A DNA stretch of 64,000 nt from Polyangiales bacterium (GCA_044229975.1 JBGARZ010000001.1:672001-736000), one strand, 5' to 3'; shown: positions 1 through 11,736, counted from the stretch's first letter. Made by a program: numbers and translations. The notes: generated by a model from the letters alone, not told the origin.

Positions 1-1827
1 CCCATCGAGCGCATGGACCGCGTCGAGGTCGTCCGCGGCAGCGGCCAGATTCTCTGGGGTCCGCAGACCATCGGCGGCGTCATCAACTACATCACGCGCG
101 AGCCGCCGCGCCGCCCCACGGCGGGCGTCGACCTCCGCTACGGAACCTACGGCTACCTCCTCGCGCAAGCCTTCGCGGGCGCCACGCAAGGCCCCATCGG
201 GTGGCGCCTCGACGTGATCCACCGCCGCTTCGACGGGCCGCGCAACCTCAACCTCGCGCTCACGGACATCGCCGGTCGGCTGCGGCTCCAGATCTCCCCG
301 CGCTCGATCGTCCAGCTCAAGCTCAACTACTACGACGAGTCGTCGAACGCGACGTACCTCGGCGTCACGTCGCCGCAGTTCGCCCTCGACCCGACCATCA
401 ACGTGGCCGGCAACGACCACTTCCAGATCCGCCGCTACGCGCTCGCGCTCATGCACCAGTTCACCGCGTCGCCGACGGTGATGCTGCGCACCAACGTCTA
501 CGCCTACCAGACCAACCGCGCGTGGCGCCGCCAGGAGTACGACCGCAGCGACACGGGCGCGGACTACGAGCGCGTGTGCGACCCGATGGGCCGCTGCGGC
601 GCGCCCGGCGCCTCCGGCATCGCCCCCACCAACAACGGCGGGAGCGTCTTCCTGCGTCGCACCGCGGCCACCAACGACCGCTCCTTCGACGTCTTCGGCG
701 TCGAGCCCCGCCTCACCTGGAACTGGACCCGCGGCACCGTCTCCGGCGAGCTCACGACCCTCGTGCGCTTCCACTACGAGAGCGCCAACGACGCGCGCTT
801 CATCTCGTCGTTTCCGACCGGGCGCTCGGGGGTGCCCATCGCCGACGAGATCCGCAACGGCTACGCGCTCGCCGCCGCGGTGCAGCATCGCTTCGGCTTC
901 AACGACCGCTTCTTCGTCACGCCGGGCGTGCGCTTCGAGGGCTTCTGGAGCAACCGACGCGTGACGCGCGAGTCGTTCATCGACCCGATGGGTCAGACGG
1001 CCTACCGCGACGTCGACGTCTTCGGCAGCTCATCGAGCGCGGCCCTCATCCCGGGCCTCGGCCTCTCCTACCGCTTCGGCTCCGCGCTCACGATCTTCGC
1101 GGGCGTGCACCGCGGGTACGCCCCGCCGCGCACCAAGGACGCCGTCTCCCCCGCGGGCGCCAACCTCCAGCTCGACCCCGAGCTCTCCTGGAACACCGAG
1201 CTCGGCTTCCGCACGCGCCTCGGCCGCTGGCTCAACGCCGAGGTCGCGGCCTTCCACCTGGAGTTCGAGAACCAGATCATCCCCCCGAGCGAGTCGGGCG
1301 GCGCGGTCTCGGCCGCGGGCTTCAACACCGGCCACAGCCGCCACGTCGGCCTCGAAGGCAGCCTCACCTTCGACGTCGCACCCGTGTTTCAGCGCGGCGC
1401 GTCGACCTTCTCGCTGCCGCTGACGGTCAACTACACCTATCTCCCCGTCGCGGACTTCGTGGGCGGGCTCTTCGGCGGCAACCGCCTGCCGTACGCGCCC
1501 GAGCACATGCTCTTCGCGCAGCTCCGCTTCGTGCACCGCGCGGGCTTCTCCGCGCAGGTGAGCGCCACCTACGTGGCCAGCCAGTTCGCCGACAAGGAGA
1601 ACACCGTCGCCCAGTCCGTCGATGGCGTGGTGGGACGCCTCGACGGCTACCTCACCATCGACGCTCGCGTCGGCTACACGATCCGCGTCCCCAACCTCAC
1701 GGTCTACGTCGCGGGCCGAAACCTCACCGACCAGATCTACGTGGCCAATCGCGCCCCGCAAGGCATCCAGCCCGCCGGGTGGCGACAGGTCTTCGTCGGC
1801 CTGGAGTGGTCCTGGCCCCGTTCGTAG
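1..1827 (+). CDS. TonB-dependent receptor (FecA-like), 5' partial
   Basis: Plug-end motif IERMDRVEVVRGSGQILWGPQTIGGVINYIT, beta-strand-rich body, C-terminal NLTDQIY...RQVFVGLEWSW; frame is open from base 1. Confidence 0.9.
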   Translation, partial: PIERMDRVEVVRGSGQILWGPQTIGGVINYITREPPRRPTAGVDLRYGTYGYLLAQAFAGATQGPIGWRLDVIHRRFDGPRNLNLALTDIAGRLRLQISPRSIVQLKLNYYDESSNATYLGVTSPQFALDPTINVAGNDHFQIRRYALALMHQFTASPTVMLRTNVYAYQTNRAWRRQEYDRSDTGADYERVCDPMGRCGAPGASGIAPTNNGGSVFLRRTAATNDRSFDVFGVEPRLTWNWTRGTVSGELTTLVRFHYESANDARFISSFPTGRSGVPIADEIRNGYALAAAVQHRFGFNDRFFVTPGVRFEGFWSNRRVTRESFIDPMGQTAYRDVDVFGSSSSAALIPGLGLSYRFGSALTIFAGVHRGYAPPRTKDAVSPAGANLQLDPELSWNTELGFRTRLGRWLNAEVAAFHLEFENQIIPPSESGGAVSAAGFNTGHSRHVGLEGSLTFDVAPVFQRGASTFSLPLTVNYTYLPVADFVGGLFGGNRLPYAPEHMLFAQLRFVHRAGFSAQVSATYVASQFADKENTVAQSVDGVVGRLDGYLTIDARVGYTIRVPNLTVYVAGRNLTDQIYVANRAPQGIQPAGWRQVFVGLEWSWPRS

Positions 1828-1893
1828 CCTGACGCCCCGTCACGCGACGGGTGCCCCACGATGCCCCGAATTCGATGATTGTGGTCTTCACTT

Positions 1894-1910
1894 TCACAAT
1901 TGGTTTGTGA
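1894..1910. promoter_or_regulatory. Inverted repeat TCACAA-N5-TTGTGA in an AT-rich intergenic patch; candidate operator
   Basis: Perfect 6-bp arms ending 14 nt upstream of the ATG at 1925. Confidence 0.35.
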
Positions 1911-1924
1911 TAGCCAACCCGGCC

Positions 1925-3511
1925 ATGAAGCTCCGGCACACCTCTTCTTGGCGTTCGATCATCTCCCTCTGCTCGCTCGGCCTGCTGCTCGCGGCCGGCT
2001 GCGACGACACCGCCGCGACGACCGACGCCGCGACCGACTCCGGGGTCATCAACGACACCGGCACGACCCCGACCGACGTCGGCACCCAGCCGACCGACGC
2101 GGGCACCCAGCCGACCGACGTGGGCACCCCGACCGACGTGGGCACCCAGCCGACCGACGTGGGCACCCCGACCGACGTGGGCACCTCCCCGACCGACGCG
2201 GGCACCCCGGCCGCGACGCCGCAGATCGTCCCGGTGTCGGCCACCGGCCACGACCGCTTCTTCGGCGTGACCTATGAGCCCGGCGGGAGCTTCTACGCGG
2301 TGGGCGTGGTCTCCAACGGCAACGTCGCCGCGACGGCCGACTTCGAGACCGTGGTCGCGAAGTTCACCCCGGCGGGCGCGCTCGACACCACCTTCGGAAC
2401 CGGTGGCTACGCCCGGCGCAACCTCGCGGTGGGCCTCGGCGGCGAGGTCGCCCGCGGCATCGTCGTGCAGGCGAGCGGCAAGATCGTCGTCGTCGCCACC
2501 GTCGAGCACGCCGGCGCCACCGACCCTCGCGACCGCGACATCGCCCTCATCCGCTTCAACACCGACGGAACCGTCGACTCCACCTTCGGCACCGCGGGCG
2601 TGGTCACCCTCGACCTGAGCGCGGGCGAGGTCGTCGGCACCAGCTACGTCGCCGACTCCGCCTGGAGCCTGCGCAACTACCCCGGTGACCGCCTCGTACT
2701 CAGCGGCTCGCAGAAGCGCTCGGGCGCCACGGACAGCGACTTCGTGGTCGTGCGCCTCACCACCGACGGCGCGCGCGACACCACCTTCGGCACCAACGGC
2801 GTCGCGTCCGTGGACATCAACAACCGCAACGCCAGCGCGCGCGGCCTGACGGTGCTCGCCGACGGAAGCATCCTCGGCGGCGGCTACATGGAAGAGGGCG
2901 GCGTGACCAACCCGGTGGTCTTCAAGCTCACCGCGGCGGGCGTGCTCGACACCTCGTTCAACACCACCGGCATCTTCGCGCGCCCCGTGCTCGCGGCGGT
3001 GACCGAGGTCTATGGGACCATCGCCCAGGGCGCCAACGTCGTGACCGTGGGCTACGGCCGCGGCGCCACCACCGACGCGGGCGTCCCCAGCATCGACATC
3101 GTCTCGCTGCGCCTCTCGGCGACGGGCGTGCTCGACACCACCTACGGCAACACCGGCGCCACCGGCGCGGCGCAGGTCGACTTCATGGGCCAGAGCGACC
3201 AGGCCCGTAACCTCATCGGCCTCCCCGACGGCCGCACGCTGTACGTGGGCGGCGCGCGCCCCACCGCGTCCAACGTCAACGGCATGTTGGGCGTCCTCAC
3301 CGCCGGTGGCATGCCCGACGCCACCTTCGGGACCAACGGCCTCCGCACCTTCGACTTCGGCGGCGTGGGCGACTTCTTCTGGGACGTCGCCATCAACCCG
3401 GCCGGCACCCGCGCCGCTGTCGTCGGCGTCCGCGGCGTGGCCGTCCCCGCGGCCGACGCGGGCGTGAGCACCGAGAACGACGACGGCGTCGTCTACGTCC
3501 TCCCGCTCTGA
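1925..3511 (+). CDS. Lipoprotein with delta-60 (LDTTFGTGG) beta-propeller repeats
   Basis: Lipobox LLAAGC, Pro/Thr linker, repeated G-x-LDTTFG-x-x-G motifs; ATG 1925 preferred over the ORF-track start. Confidence 0.8.
   Translation: MKLRHTSSWRSIISLCSLGLLLAAGCDDTAATTDAATDSGVINDTGTTPTDVGTQPTDAGTQPTDVGTPTDVGTQPTDVGTPTDVGTSPTDAGTPAATPQIVPVSATGHDRFFGVTYEPGGSFYAVGVVSNGNVAATADFETVVAKFTPAGALDTTFGTGGYARRNLAVGLGGEVARGIVVQASGKIVVVATVEHAGATDPRDRDIALIRFNTDGTVDSTFGTAGVVTLDLSAGEVVGTSYVADSAWSLRNYPGDRLVLSGSQKRSGATDSDFVVVRLTTDGARDTTFGTNGVASVDINNRNASARGLTVLADGSILGGGYMEEGGVTNPVVFKLTAAGVLDTSFNTTGIFARPVLAAVTEVYGTIAQGANVVTVGYGRGATTDAGVPSIDIVSLRLSATGVLDTTYGNTGATGAAQVDFMGQSDQARNLIGLPDGRTLYVGGARPTASNVNGMLGVLTAGGMPDATFGTNGLRTFDFGGVGDFFWDVAINPAGTRAAVVGVRGVAVPAADAGVSTENDDGVVYVLPL
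2069..2206 (+). repeat. Seven in-frame 18/21-nt tandem units encoding PTD(V/A)GT(Q/S) linker
   Basis: ccgaccgacg(t/c)(g/c)ggcacc repeated seven times. Confidence 0.9.
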
Positions 3512-3589
3512 TCGCCCTCCCTTCGCGGCCGATGGCGACGACGTTCGATCGTCACCCGCCGCGCCCCTTCGGGTAACGTGCCCGTCGCC

Positions 3590-5152
3590 ATGACGGACGC
3601 CCTCTGGAGTCTCCCCGCCACCACGCTCTGTGACCTGCTCGCCCGGGGAGAAGTCTCCTCTCGCGAGGTCGTCGACGCCCACCTCGATCGCATCGCCACC
3701 CTCGACCCGACGCTGCGGGCGTTCACGCAGGTGTTCGTCGCCGAGGCCCGCGCCGAGGCCGACCTGCGCGACGACGAGCGACGACGCGGCATCTCGCGCG
3801 GCCTGCTCCACGGCCTCCCGATGACCATCAAGGAGTGCTTCGACCTGGCGGGGCTCCCCACCACCCTCGGCATCCGCGCCCGGCTCTCCCACCGCGCCGC
3901 GCGCGACGCCGCCATGGCCACGCTGCTGCGCGAGTCGGGGGCGGTGCTCCTCGGGCGCACCAACCTCTCGCAGACGATGCTCTTCGCCGAGAGCCGCAAC
4001 CCCATCTATGGGCAGACGGCCAACCCCTTCAGCCTCGCCCACTCCTCCGGCGGATCGTCGGGCGGCGAAGCCTCCGCCGTCGCCGCGGGTCTCTCACCCC
4101 TCGGCGTTGGAACGGACATCGGCGGCTCCATCCGCTCGCCCGCCAGCTTCACCGGCATCGTGGGCTTCAAGCCCACGCTCGACCGCCTCCCCACGCGCGG
4201 CCAGGGCAGCGTGCTCAAGGGGCAGGAGGCCGTTCGCTCACAGGGCGGCCCCCTCGCCCGCACCGTCGCCGACCTCGACCTCTTCTTCCGCGCCATGGAC
4301 CCCAACCGCATGAGCGCGCTCGACCCCAAGGTCGCCCCCATCCCGTGGCGCCCGCTCGGCTCCATCGCCGTCCGCGGCCTGCGCGTCGGCTACTACGCCA
4401 ACGACGGCGTGCTGCCCGTCTCGGCCTCCATCGCGCGCGGCATCGAGATCGCCCGCAGCGCCCTCTCCGCGGCGGGCTGCGAGACGGTGCCGTTCACGCC
4501 GCCCGACGTCGCGTCGCTCTTCGACGAGTACCTCGCGGCCATGAGCGCGGACGGCGGCGAAGGGCTCCTCGATGCCCTCCGCGAAGACCCCATCGACCCG
4601 ACGCTCGCCCCGCTGCTCAGCCTCGCGCGGGTTCCTGACTCGGTTCGCAAGGGCATGGCCCGGGCCGCGCGCCTCGCCGGTCAGGGCTCTCTCGCGCGCA
4701 TGCTCGACTCCATGGGAGCGAAGACGGCGCGGGCGTTCTGGGGGCACATCGACGCGCTCCGCAGCTACCGCGTCGAGCTGCTCGACATGATGGATGCCGT
4801 CGGCGTCGACGTGATCCTGTGTCCGGCCTACGCGACGCCCGCCCTGCCGCACGGGATGTCCAGGAACTTCACGGCGGCTTCGACCCCGGCGCTGCTCTAC
4901 AACGCCGTGCAGTTTCCGGGTGGTGTGGTTCCGGTGACGAAGGTTCGCACCGACGAGACGAAGCGCACCTCGCCGCAGGGCCTCGTCGAGCGCCACGCCG
5001 CGAAGGTCGACGCGAAGAGCGCGGGCCTCCCGGTGGGCGTGCAGATCGTCGCGCGTCCGTGGCAGGACGAGGTGGCGATGGCCGTGATGGCGGCGCTCGA
5101 AGGGGCAGTGCGCGGTCGGCCGGACGTGCCGCTTACGCCGGTGACGCCGTGA
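3590..5152 (+). CDS. Amidase signature family protein (FAAH-like)
   Basis: [28 protein letters not shown] motifs (Ser-cisSer-Lys triad). Confidence 0.92.
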   Translation: MTDALWSLPATTLCDLLARGEVSSREVVDAHLDRIATLDPTLRAFTQVFVAEARAEADLRDDERRRGISRGLLHGLPMTIKECFDLAGLPTTLGIRARLSHRAARDAAMATLLRESGAVLLGRTNLSQTMLFAESRNPIYGQTANPFSLAHSSGGSSGGEASAVAAGLSPLGVGTDIGGSIRSPASFTGIVGFKPTLDRLPTRGQGSVLKGQEAVRSQGGPLARTVADLDLFFRAMDPNRMSALDPKVAPIPWRPLGSIAVRGLRVGYYANDGVLPVSASIARGIEIARSALSAAGCETVPFTPPDVASLFDEYLAAMSADGGEGLLDALREDPIDPTLAPLLSLARVPDSVRKGMARAARLAGQGSLARMLDSMGAKTARAFWGHIDALRSYRVELLDMMDAVGVDVILCPAYATPALPHGMSRNFTAASTPALLYNAVQFPGGVVPVTKVRTDETKRTSPQGLVERHAAKVDAKSAGLPVGVQIVARPWQDEVAMAVMAALEGAVRGRPDVPLTPVTP

Positions 5153-7731
5153 CCGACGGCGTGCTCGCGAAGCACCTCCCGGAGACGCCCGGCGAGGTGA
5201 CCTCCGACGAGGTCTTCTCACGCTTCCTGGAGTACGTCGGCGAGAAGGGCCTCTCGCTCTACCCCGCGCAGGAAGACGCCCTCCTGGAGATCATCGCGGG
5301 CAAGAACGTCATCCTCAACACCCCCACCGGCTCGGGGAAGTCGCTCGTCGCGACGGCGATGATCTTCCGCGCGATGAGCCTCGGGCTGCGCGCGGTCTAC
5401 ACCTGCCCCATCAAGGCGCTGGTGAGCGAGAAGTTCTTCGCGCTGTGCGACGACTTCGGGCCCGACAACGTCGGGATGCTCACGGGCGACGCGAGCATCA
5501 ACCGCGACGCGCCCATCCTCTGCTGCACGGCGGAGATCTTGATGAGCATGTGCCTGCGCGAAGGGCACCTGGCGCGGGCTGACGTCGTGGTGATGGACGA
5601 GTTCCACTACTACGCCGACAAGGAGCGCGGGGTGGCGTGGCAGGTGCCGCTGCTTACGCTGTCGAGCGCGACCTTCCTGCTGATGAGCGCGACGCTCGGG
5701 GAGACGGAGTTCTTCGAGCGCGAGCTGACCAGGGTGACGGGCCGGCCGTCGGTGACGGTGCGCTCGATGAAGCGGCCGGTGCCGCTCAACTTCAGCTACT
5801 CGGAAGACCCGCTGCACGAGGCCGTCGCCGAGCTCGTGAAGCTCAACCGGCATCCCATCTACCTGGTCAACTTCACCCAGCGGGCCTGCGCCGAAGAGGC
5901 GCAGAACCTCATGAGCGTCGACTACTGCTCCAAGGAGGAGAAGAAGGCCCTGCGCGACGCGATGCGCGGTGAGCCCTTCGAGAGCCCCTACGGCAAGGAG
6001 CTGCAGAAGTTTCTCCAGCACGGCATCGGGCTGCACCACGCGGGCCTGCTCCCGCGCTACCGGCTGCTGGTGGAGAAGCTCGCGCAGCAGGGGATGCTGA
6101 AGATCATCTGCGGGACCGACACCCTCGGCGTCGGGGTGAACATCCCGCTGCGCACGGTGCTCTTCACCAAGCTGTGCAAGTACGACGGCGAGAAGACCGC
6201 CATCCTCACGGCGCGCGACTTCCACCAGATCGCGGGCCGCGCCGGTCGCAAGGGCTTCGACGACGAGGGCTGGGTCGTCTGCCAGGCGCCCGCGCACGTC
6301 ATCGAGAACTTGAAGGCCGAGATCAAGGCGGGCGGCGACGCGAAGAAGCTGCGCAAGCTGGTGAAGCACAAGCCCCCGGAGAAGGGCTACGTGCACTGGG
6401 ACCGCGCGACCTTCGATCGACTCGTGAGCGCGTTGCCGGAGCCGCTGGTGTCGCGCTTCAGCGTCAACCACGCGATGGTGCTCGCGATGTTGCAGCGACC
6501 GGGGCGGCTGCACGACGGGTGTCGCGCGATGCGGCGGCTCATCAAGAGCGCGCACGCGGGGCCGAAGGAGAAGCGGCGGCACGGGCAGATGGCGTGGACG
6601 ATGTTCCGCTCGCTGGTGGGCGCGGGGATCGTGCAGAAGGTGCCCGCGGTCGATGCGGCGGGTGAGCGCTTCGAGGTGCGCGGAGACCTCCAGGTGGACT
6701 TCAACCTCCACAACACGCTGTCGCTGTGGCTCATCGACACGCTGCCGAAGCTCGACCCCGAGTCGCCGATGTGGGCGCTCGACGTGCTGACGTTGTGCGA
6801 GAGCATCGCGGAGAACCCCGACGCGATCCTCTTCCGTCAGGTCGACATGCTGAAGCGCGAGGCGATGGCGCGCATGAAGGCCGAGGGCGTCGAGTTCGAC
6901 AAGCGCATCGAGGAGCTGGAGAAGATCACCTACCCGAAGCCCGGCGCGGACTTCATCTACGAGACCTTCAACGCCTTCGCCGAGGCGCACCCCTGGGTCG
7001 GCACCGAAAACATCCGCCCGAAGGCCATCGCGCGGGAGATGTTCGAGAACTACAGCACCTTCGCGGACTACGTCCGGGAGTACGAGCTCCAGCGCAGCGA
7101 GGGCGTGCTGCTGCGGTACCTCTCCGACGTCTACAAGGTGCTGTCGCAGACCGTCCCGGTGACCGACCGAACCGTCGAGCTCACGGAGATCCTGGTCTTC
7201 CTGCGGGCGCTGGTGCGGGACGTGGATTCGAGCCTGCTCGACGAGTGGGAGCGGCTCCGCGCGCCTGATCCCGACGAGGCGTTGGCGCCTCCGCCCATCG
7301 ATGAAAACGCGCTGCCGCCGGACGTCACGCGCAACCGCCGGGCGTTTACGGCGATGGTGCGGAAGGCGATCTTCTCGCTGGTGCGCGCCATCGCCAACGG
7401 CGACTGGAACTACGCGTCGCGGCAGATCGACGCGCCCGAGGGAGAAGGCTCGCCGTGGTCGCCGTCCAACCTCCAGGCGGAGATGTGGCGGTACTTCGAG
7501 GTGCACCCACGCCTGCGCGTCGACATGGAGGCACGGGCCCCGAAGAACACCCAGGTGCTCCGCGAGACCGACGCGGTGTGGGACATCCAGCAGACCCTGG
7601 TCGACGACGAGGGCGACCTGGATTGGTTCCTCGACGTGGAGGTCGACCTGAAGCGGTCGCGCGCGGCGGGGCGGCCGGTGATGCTGCTCAAGCGGCTGGG
7701 CGACCGACCGATGGAGGACGGGACGGACTGA
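5149..7731 (+). CDS. SF2 DEAD/DEAH-box helicase with DUF3516 C-terminus
   Basis: [42 protein letters not shown] overlap with the amidase stop. Confidence 0.9.
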   Translation: MTDGVLAKHLPETPGEVTSDEVFSRFLEYVGEKGLSLYPAQEDALLEIIAGKNVILNTPTGSGKSLVATAMIFRAMSLGLRAVYTCPIKALVSEKFFALCDDFGPDNVGMLTGDASINRDAPILCCTAEILMSMCLREGHLARADVVVMDEFHYYADKERGVAWQVPLLTLSSATFLLMSATLGETEFFERELTRVTGRPSVTVRSMKRPVPLNFSYSEDPLHEAVAELVKLNRHPIYLVNFTQRACAEEAQNLMSVDYCSKEEKKALRDAMRGEPFESPYGKELQKFLQHGIGLHHAGLLPRYRLLVEKLAQQGMLKIICGTDTLGVGVNIPLRTVLFTKLCKYDGEKTAILTARDFHQIAGRAGRKGFDDEGWVVCQAPAHVIENLKAEIKAGGDAKKLRKLVKHKPPEKGYVHWDRATFDRLVSALPEPLVSRFSVNHAMVLAMLQRPGRLHDGCRAMRRLIKSAHAGPKEKRRHGQMAWTMFRSLVGAGIVQKVPAVDAAGERFEVRGDLQVDFNLHNTLSLWLIDTLPKLDPESPMWALDVLTLCESIAENPDAILFRQVDMLKREAMARMKAEGVEFDKRIEELEKITYPKPGADFIYETFNAFAEAHPWVGTENIRPKAIAREMFENYSTFADYVREYELQRSEGVLLRYLSDVYKVLSQTVPVTDRTVELTEILVFLRALVRDVDSSLLDEWERLRAPDPDEALAPPPIDENALPPDVTRNRRAFTAMVRKAIFSLVRAIANGDWNYASRQIDAPEGEGSPWSPSNLQAEMWRYFEVHPRLRVDMEARAPKNTQVLRETDAVWDIQQTLVDDEGDLDWFLDVEVDLKRSRAAGRPVMLLKRLGDRPMEDGTD

Positions 7732-7785
7732 ACGACCGCCCGTCGCCTGCGACGGAGCCCAGGCGGCGAGCATCAAAGGGACACG

Positions 7786-8217
7786 ATGCACCCGACGCAA
7801 GCGCCGATGGAGGATGGGAAGGTCGTCGAGGTGTTCTTCGACGGCGAGTGTCCGCTGTGCACGCGCGAGGTCGACATGCTCCGTCGGCTCGATCGTCACG
7901 GGCGCGTGCAGTTTACCGACATCGCCGCGCCCGACTTCGTGGCGGCGGTGACGCCCGAGGAGCACGCCGACTTCATGGCGCGCATCCGCGGTCGCCTGCC
8001 CGATGGGACGATGCTCGAAGGCGTCGAGGTGTTTCGTCGGCTGTACGCCGCCGTGGGGTTCGGTCCGATCGTCGCGGTGACGCGGGCGCCCGGCGTGGCG
8101 CAGCTCCTCGACCTTGGCTACCGGGCGTTTGCACGCAACCGGCTGCGGCTCACCGGGCGTTGCTCCCCCGACGGAGTCTGCGCCGTGCCAGTGGCCGAGA
8201 AGGCGCACCACGGATAG
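7786..8217 (+). CDS. DCC family (DUF393) thiol-disulfide oxidoreductase
   Basis: FFDGECPLC motif and YRAFARNR C-terminus. Confidence 0.85.
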   Translation: MHPTQAPMEDGKVVEVFFDGECPLCTREVDMLRRLDRHGRVQFTDIAAPDFVAAVTPEEHADFMARIRGRLPDGTMLEGVEVFRRLYAAVGFGPIVAVTRAPGVAQLLDLGYRAFARNRLRLTGRCSPDGVCAVPVAEKAHHG

Positions 8218-8254
8218 CGGCGCCATCGACGACGCGTCGTCGTACCGTCGCCCG

Positions 8255-9295
8255 ATGCTCCCACCGTCCCGCGCGCTGCTCGCCGCCGTCCTCGCGCCGA
8301 CCCTGGCCGCCTGCCACCGCACGACCAACGCACCGCGCCCCACCGTCGCCGTCGCTGTCGCCGCGCCTCCGCCCGCGACCGGGCCTGCGCCCGCGCCCGC
8401 GGTCGATGTGTGCGAGCGCGTCGCCGAAGCACAACGCACGCTGCGAGCCGCCATCCCGACGCCGCCCGAAGGAACCGAAATCCCCGATGACTTCGCGGCC
8501 TGCATCCCGACGCCGCACGGCGCGTGGTCGCTGGAGTTCGACTCGCTACGCGTCACCGACAGCGGCTCGTGGCGCGGGCACTGGTCCGTCGCGCACTACG
8601 ATGGTGCGGGTCGACGTGTCGCGATCGCGCTCACGCAGCCGGGCGACGAGCGCGCCGAAGACCTCACCCCCGCGGCCGACAACCTCGACGTGAGCCCGCC
8701 CTACTCCGCGCTCCGCCCCAACACCGAGACCTTCGACTACGACGGCGACGGCGAACCCGAGCTCGCGCTCGTCCTCACCCTCGGACAGAACGAAGCCGAA
8801 GACCCGGTGCGCGGCCGCGTCTGGACCTTCCGCGACGGCGCCATCGCCGCCTTCGCGCCCGCGATCAACGTCGAGGTGACCAACATCGAGGACGTCGACC
8901 GCGACGGGCGACCCGACCTGCTCACGCCCATCCCCTTCAGCACCACCGCGGAGGCACCGGGATCGGGCTTCACCTACGCGATCGACGGTCCCATGTGGGT
9001 GTTTCACAGCCTCGCGGGCGGGGCCTTCTCGTCGACCGACACCGTCGCCGTCGGCGCCGCGCGCACCGCCTGCCCGAGCGCCCCCGGCCGCGCCCTCCGC
9101 ACGCCCACCGAGGTGGCCTGCGCGCGCGCCTGGAGCCTCCCGATCGCCGCCGTCCGGGCCGCGATCACCCGCGGCTGTCGGCGCCCGGTCAGTGGTGCCA
9201 GCGGTGACCCGTGCACCGAGGTCGAAGCGATGAACACCTTCGCCCCGCTCGACGCGCCCACCCACCTCGGCCCCGCGACGGCCGGAACACCCTGA
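8255..9295 (+). CDS. Hypothetical lipoprotein with DxDGDG (FG-GAP/VCBS-like) motifs
   Basis: Lipobox LAAC, DYDGDGEPEL and DVDRDGRPDL motifs. Confidence 0.6.
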   Translation: MLPPSRALLAAVLAPTLAACHRTTNAPRPTVAVAVAAPPPATGPAPAPAVDVCERVAEAQRTLRAAIPTPPEGTEIPDDFAACIPTPHGAWSLEFDSLRVTDSGSWRGHWSVAHYDGAGRRVAIALTQPGDERAEDLTPAADNLDVSPPYSALRPNTETFDYDGDGEPELALVLTLGQNEAEDPVRGRVWTFRDGAIAAFAPAINVEVTNIEDVDRDGRPDLLTPIPFSTTAEAPGSGFTYAIDGPMWVFHSLAGGAFSSTDTVAVGAARTACPSAPGRALRTPTEVACARAWSLPIAAVRAAITRGCRRPVSGASGDPCTEVEAMNTFAPLDAPTHLGPATAGTP

Positions 9296-11580
9296 TGCCG
9301 CGCACACCCCCATCACGCTCGTGCGCCGCGTGCTTCGCCGCCGCGATGCTGCTCACCACGGGGTCGGCGGTCGCCCAGATGCGCGCCATCCCGCCGGGCC
9401 AGGAGGCGCTCGTCGCCACGATGCTCGGAAGCCGCGCGACCTTCCCTGCGGGCTGCCGTCTTACCGGCGCCGAGATCCGCGCGACGGCCATCCGCGCGCG
9501 CTACGCCTGCGACGCCGGGCGCTCTCCGACGCTGGAGCTGCGCGACGTCGAGGGCTCACCCGAGGGATCGCTCCGCGCGGGCCCCTTCGCGATCACCACC
9601 CCCGACGGTCCGGCGCCCGACGGGCTCACCGACGCCGTCGCCGCGCTCGTCCGCGCCAACGCCGGCGCGTGGCGCTGGCAGACCCTCGGCGGCCGAACCC
9701 CTCCCCCGGCGATCAGCACCTTCGATGGGCGCCTCTTCAATGGGCCGCTCGCCGTCCTCCTGCTGGTGCTCCTCGCGGTGGCGGTCGGTCGCAGGCGCGC
9801 GCCTCGTGACCTCGCGGCCGCGCTCGCGGTGATGGCCGTCACTGCGCTCGTGCTGCGGGCTCGCCACGTCGGCGTCCCGCTCCACCCCGACACCGTGCGC
9901 GACATGCTGTATGCGCGGGACTGCGTCGACGCCCGCGCCTGCCACGCGCTCGGCCCCCCCGCGAGCTTCGCCGGGCTCACGCACGGAACCTCCTGGCTAC
10001 GCCTGTTGGAGTTCGTGGGTCGCCGGGGCTTCGGCCCCGACGGTGCGCGCACCGCGGTCGACCTCCTCGCCACCCTCGCCGCGGGCGTCGTCTTCCTCGC
10101 CGCCCGACGTCGCGCTGCCACCGGCCTCGCCGCGCTCGCCGGCGTGGCCTTCGTCGTCACCAGCGCCCAGGCCTCCGGCCGCCCGCTGCTCTGGAACCCC
10201 TCCGCCCTCTCCCTCCCCACCGCGATCTTCTTCGCGCTGGCCTCCTCCGCGGCCGCCACCGGCGCCACCGCCACCTGGGTCGCCGCGGCGGCGGCGCTCG
10301 CCTTCTCGGTCGACCTCCACGTCGCCAGCGGCGCGCTCATCCCGCCCTTCGTCGCCGCGCTCGTCGCGTGGAGCCACACTCCCCGCCGCGCCATCCCTTT
10401 GGCGGTGGTGAGCCTGCTCGGCACCCTCGCGCTCCTCTCCCACGTGACCCTCGCGCGCAACCTCGCGGTCGCCGGGAGGCACTGGGAGTTTCTGCTCGCC
10501 CTCGCGCTCTCCATCGCGGTCGGTGCCGCCGCGCGCCGCCGCGCCCTCGCGCTCGCCGAAGGCCCACGCGTCGCCCTCGCGCTCACGACCCTCGTCGTCC
10601 CGTTTGCGCTCGCGCTCGCCCTCGCCTCGGCGCCGTCGCGCCCCTTCGCCAACCGCTACCTCCTCCCCATGCTGCCGGGTCTGGCGCTGCTCGTAGCGAT
10701 CGCCCTCGACGCCTTCGCAGCGCGCGTCGCAGCCATCACCCGTCGCCCCGCGGCGCAATCCCCCATCGCGTGGGCGCTCGCGGCGGCCACCATCGCGGTC
10801 GTCCTCACGCGCCCCGGTGCTCCGGTGCCGCGCGGCTGGCAACTGGGCGAACTGCGCCCGCTGGCGACGCACCTCGACGCGCGCGGCTGGCGCTGGCCCG
10901 ACCTCTACGTCCACCTCCAGGGCCCCGGAAACTGGGCGCTGCTCTCGGGCCTCGGGGTCTTCCAGCGAGACGTCAGGACGAGCGGTCGCGACGACGACGT
11001 GGTGATCGTCCGTGCGCCGCGCGCGAGCCTGCCGCCGAGCATTCCGCCGCGCTGGGACGTGGCGACCATCGGACCTGGGATGGTGGCCGTGGTGCGCTCG
11101 CTGCCGTCCTTCATTGACCGGAGCCGCGTGCGCGCGTGCCTCGCTCATGACTGCGTCGAGGTCGACCCCGCGGCCGAGGCGCACGAGCCTGGCATGGGGC
11201 CGTTCATCCGGCGCGCGTACCTGTCGTGGTCGGCCGCGGCGCGACGCTTCGCTCGCGGTGGACCAGCGCGCGATGGGGCGGGGCCCAGCTATGAGTTCGC
11301 GGTGCGCGTTCCGGGTGGAGGGGCGCCGCATGAGTTTGCGCTGTGCGCCTCGGCGGGGTGGCGCATCGAGGGCGTCGCGGGTGACCTCACGGCGACCGTG
11401 GCGGGCCCGCACCGCGTCGTGATCGACGGAGCGAGCGCCGGTCGCGGGCGAATCATCCTCTCACTGGAATCGGGCGCCAACACGAACGGATGGCCGCCCG
11501 AGATGCTGGAGACCGACGACGACGATGACGGCCTCCGGCGATTGATCCGCGCGACGGACGATCGTCGCTGCCGCTGGTGA
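9295..11580 (+). CDS. Polytopic membrane protein, possible GT-C fold glycosyltransferase
   Basis: Many hydrophobic segments; PDTVRD...GPPAS...HG and WNPS motifs resemble ArnT/PMT-like proteins. Confidence 0.5.
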   Translation: MPRTPPSRSCAACFAAAMLLTTGSAVAQMRAIPPGQEALVATMLGSRATFPAGCRLTGAEIRATAIRARYACDAGRSPTLELRDVEGSPEGSLRAGPFAITTPDGPAPDGLTDAVAALVRANAGAWRWQTLGGRTPPPAISTFDGRLFNGPLAVLLLVLLAVAVGRRRAPRDLAAALAVMAVTALVLRARHVGVPLHPDTVRDMLYARDCVDARACHALGPPASFAGLTHGTSWLRLLEFVGRRGFGPDGARTAVDLLATLAAGVVFLAARRRAATGLAALAGVAFVVTSAQASGRPLLWNPSALSLPTAIFFALASSAAATGATATWVAAAAALAFSVDLHVASGALIPPFVAALVAWSHTPRRAIPLAVVSLLGTLALLSHVTLARNLAVAGRHWEFLLALALSIAVGAAARRRALALAEGPRVALALTTLVVPFALALALASAPSRPFANRYLLPMLPGLALLVAIALDAFAARVAAITRRPAAQSPIAWALAAATIAVVLTRPGAPVPRGWQLGELRPLATHLDARGWRWPDLYVHLQGPGNWALLSGLGVFQRDVRTSGRDDDVVIVRAPRASLPPSIPPRWDVATIGPGMVAVVRSLPSFIDRSRVRACLAHDCVEVDPAAEAHEPGMGPFIRRAYLSWSAAARRFARGGPARDGAGPSYEFAVRVPGGGAPHEFALCASAGWRIEGVAGDLTATVAGPHRVVIDGASAGRGRIILSLESGANTNGWPPEMLETDDDDDGLRRLIRATDDRRCRW

Positions 11581-11736
11581 GCTCGTCGGCCCGGCGCTCG
11601 AAGTAGTGCGCGCCATCGAGGTCGGAACCATGGTTCGCCGCGCGCCGCGATGGGGCAGACCTGGCGGATTGCTCGTCGCTTCGGGTGCGCCAAGAACGCC
11701 CAAGCCCGGACTCCGCTCGCGCCGTATGATCGCCCG

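Noticed and set aside
5218..8556. 1112-aa antisense ORF and many similar long shadow ORFs
   Set aside because: They lie opposite well-supported genes and are the expected by-product of high GC and strong GC3 bias.
11590..11705. Divergent target gene of the AraC regulator
   Set aside because: Operator-like words are present, but no credible minus-strand ORF fits before the upstream gene end.
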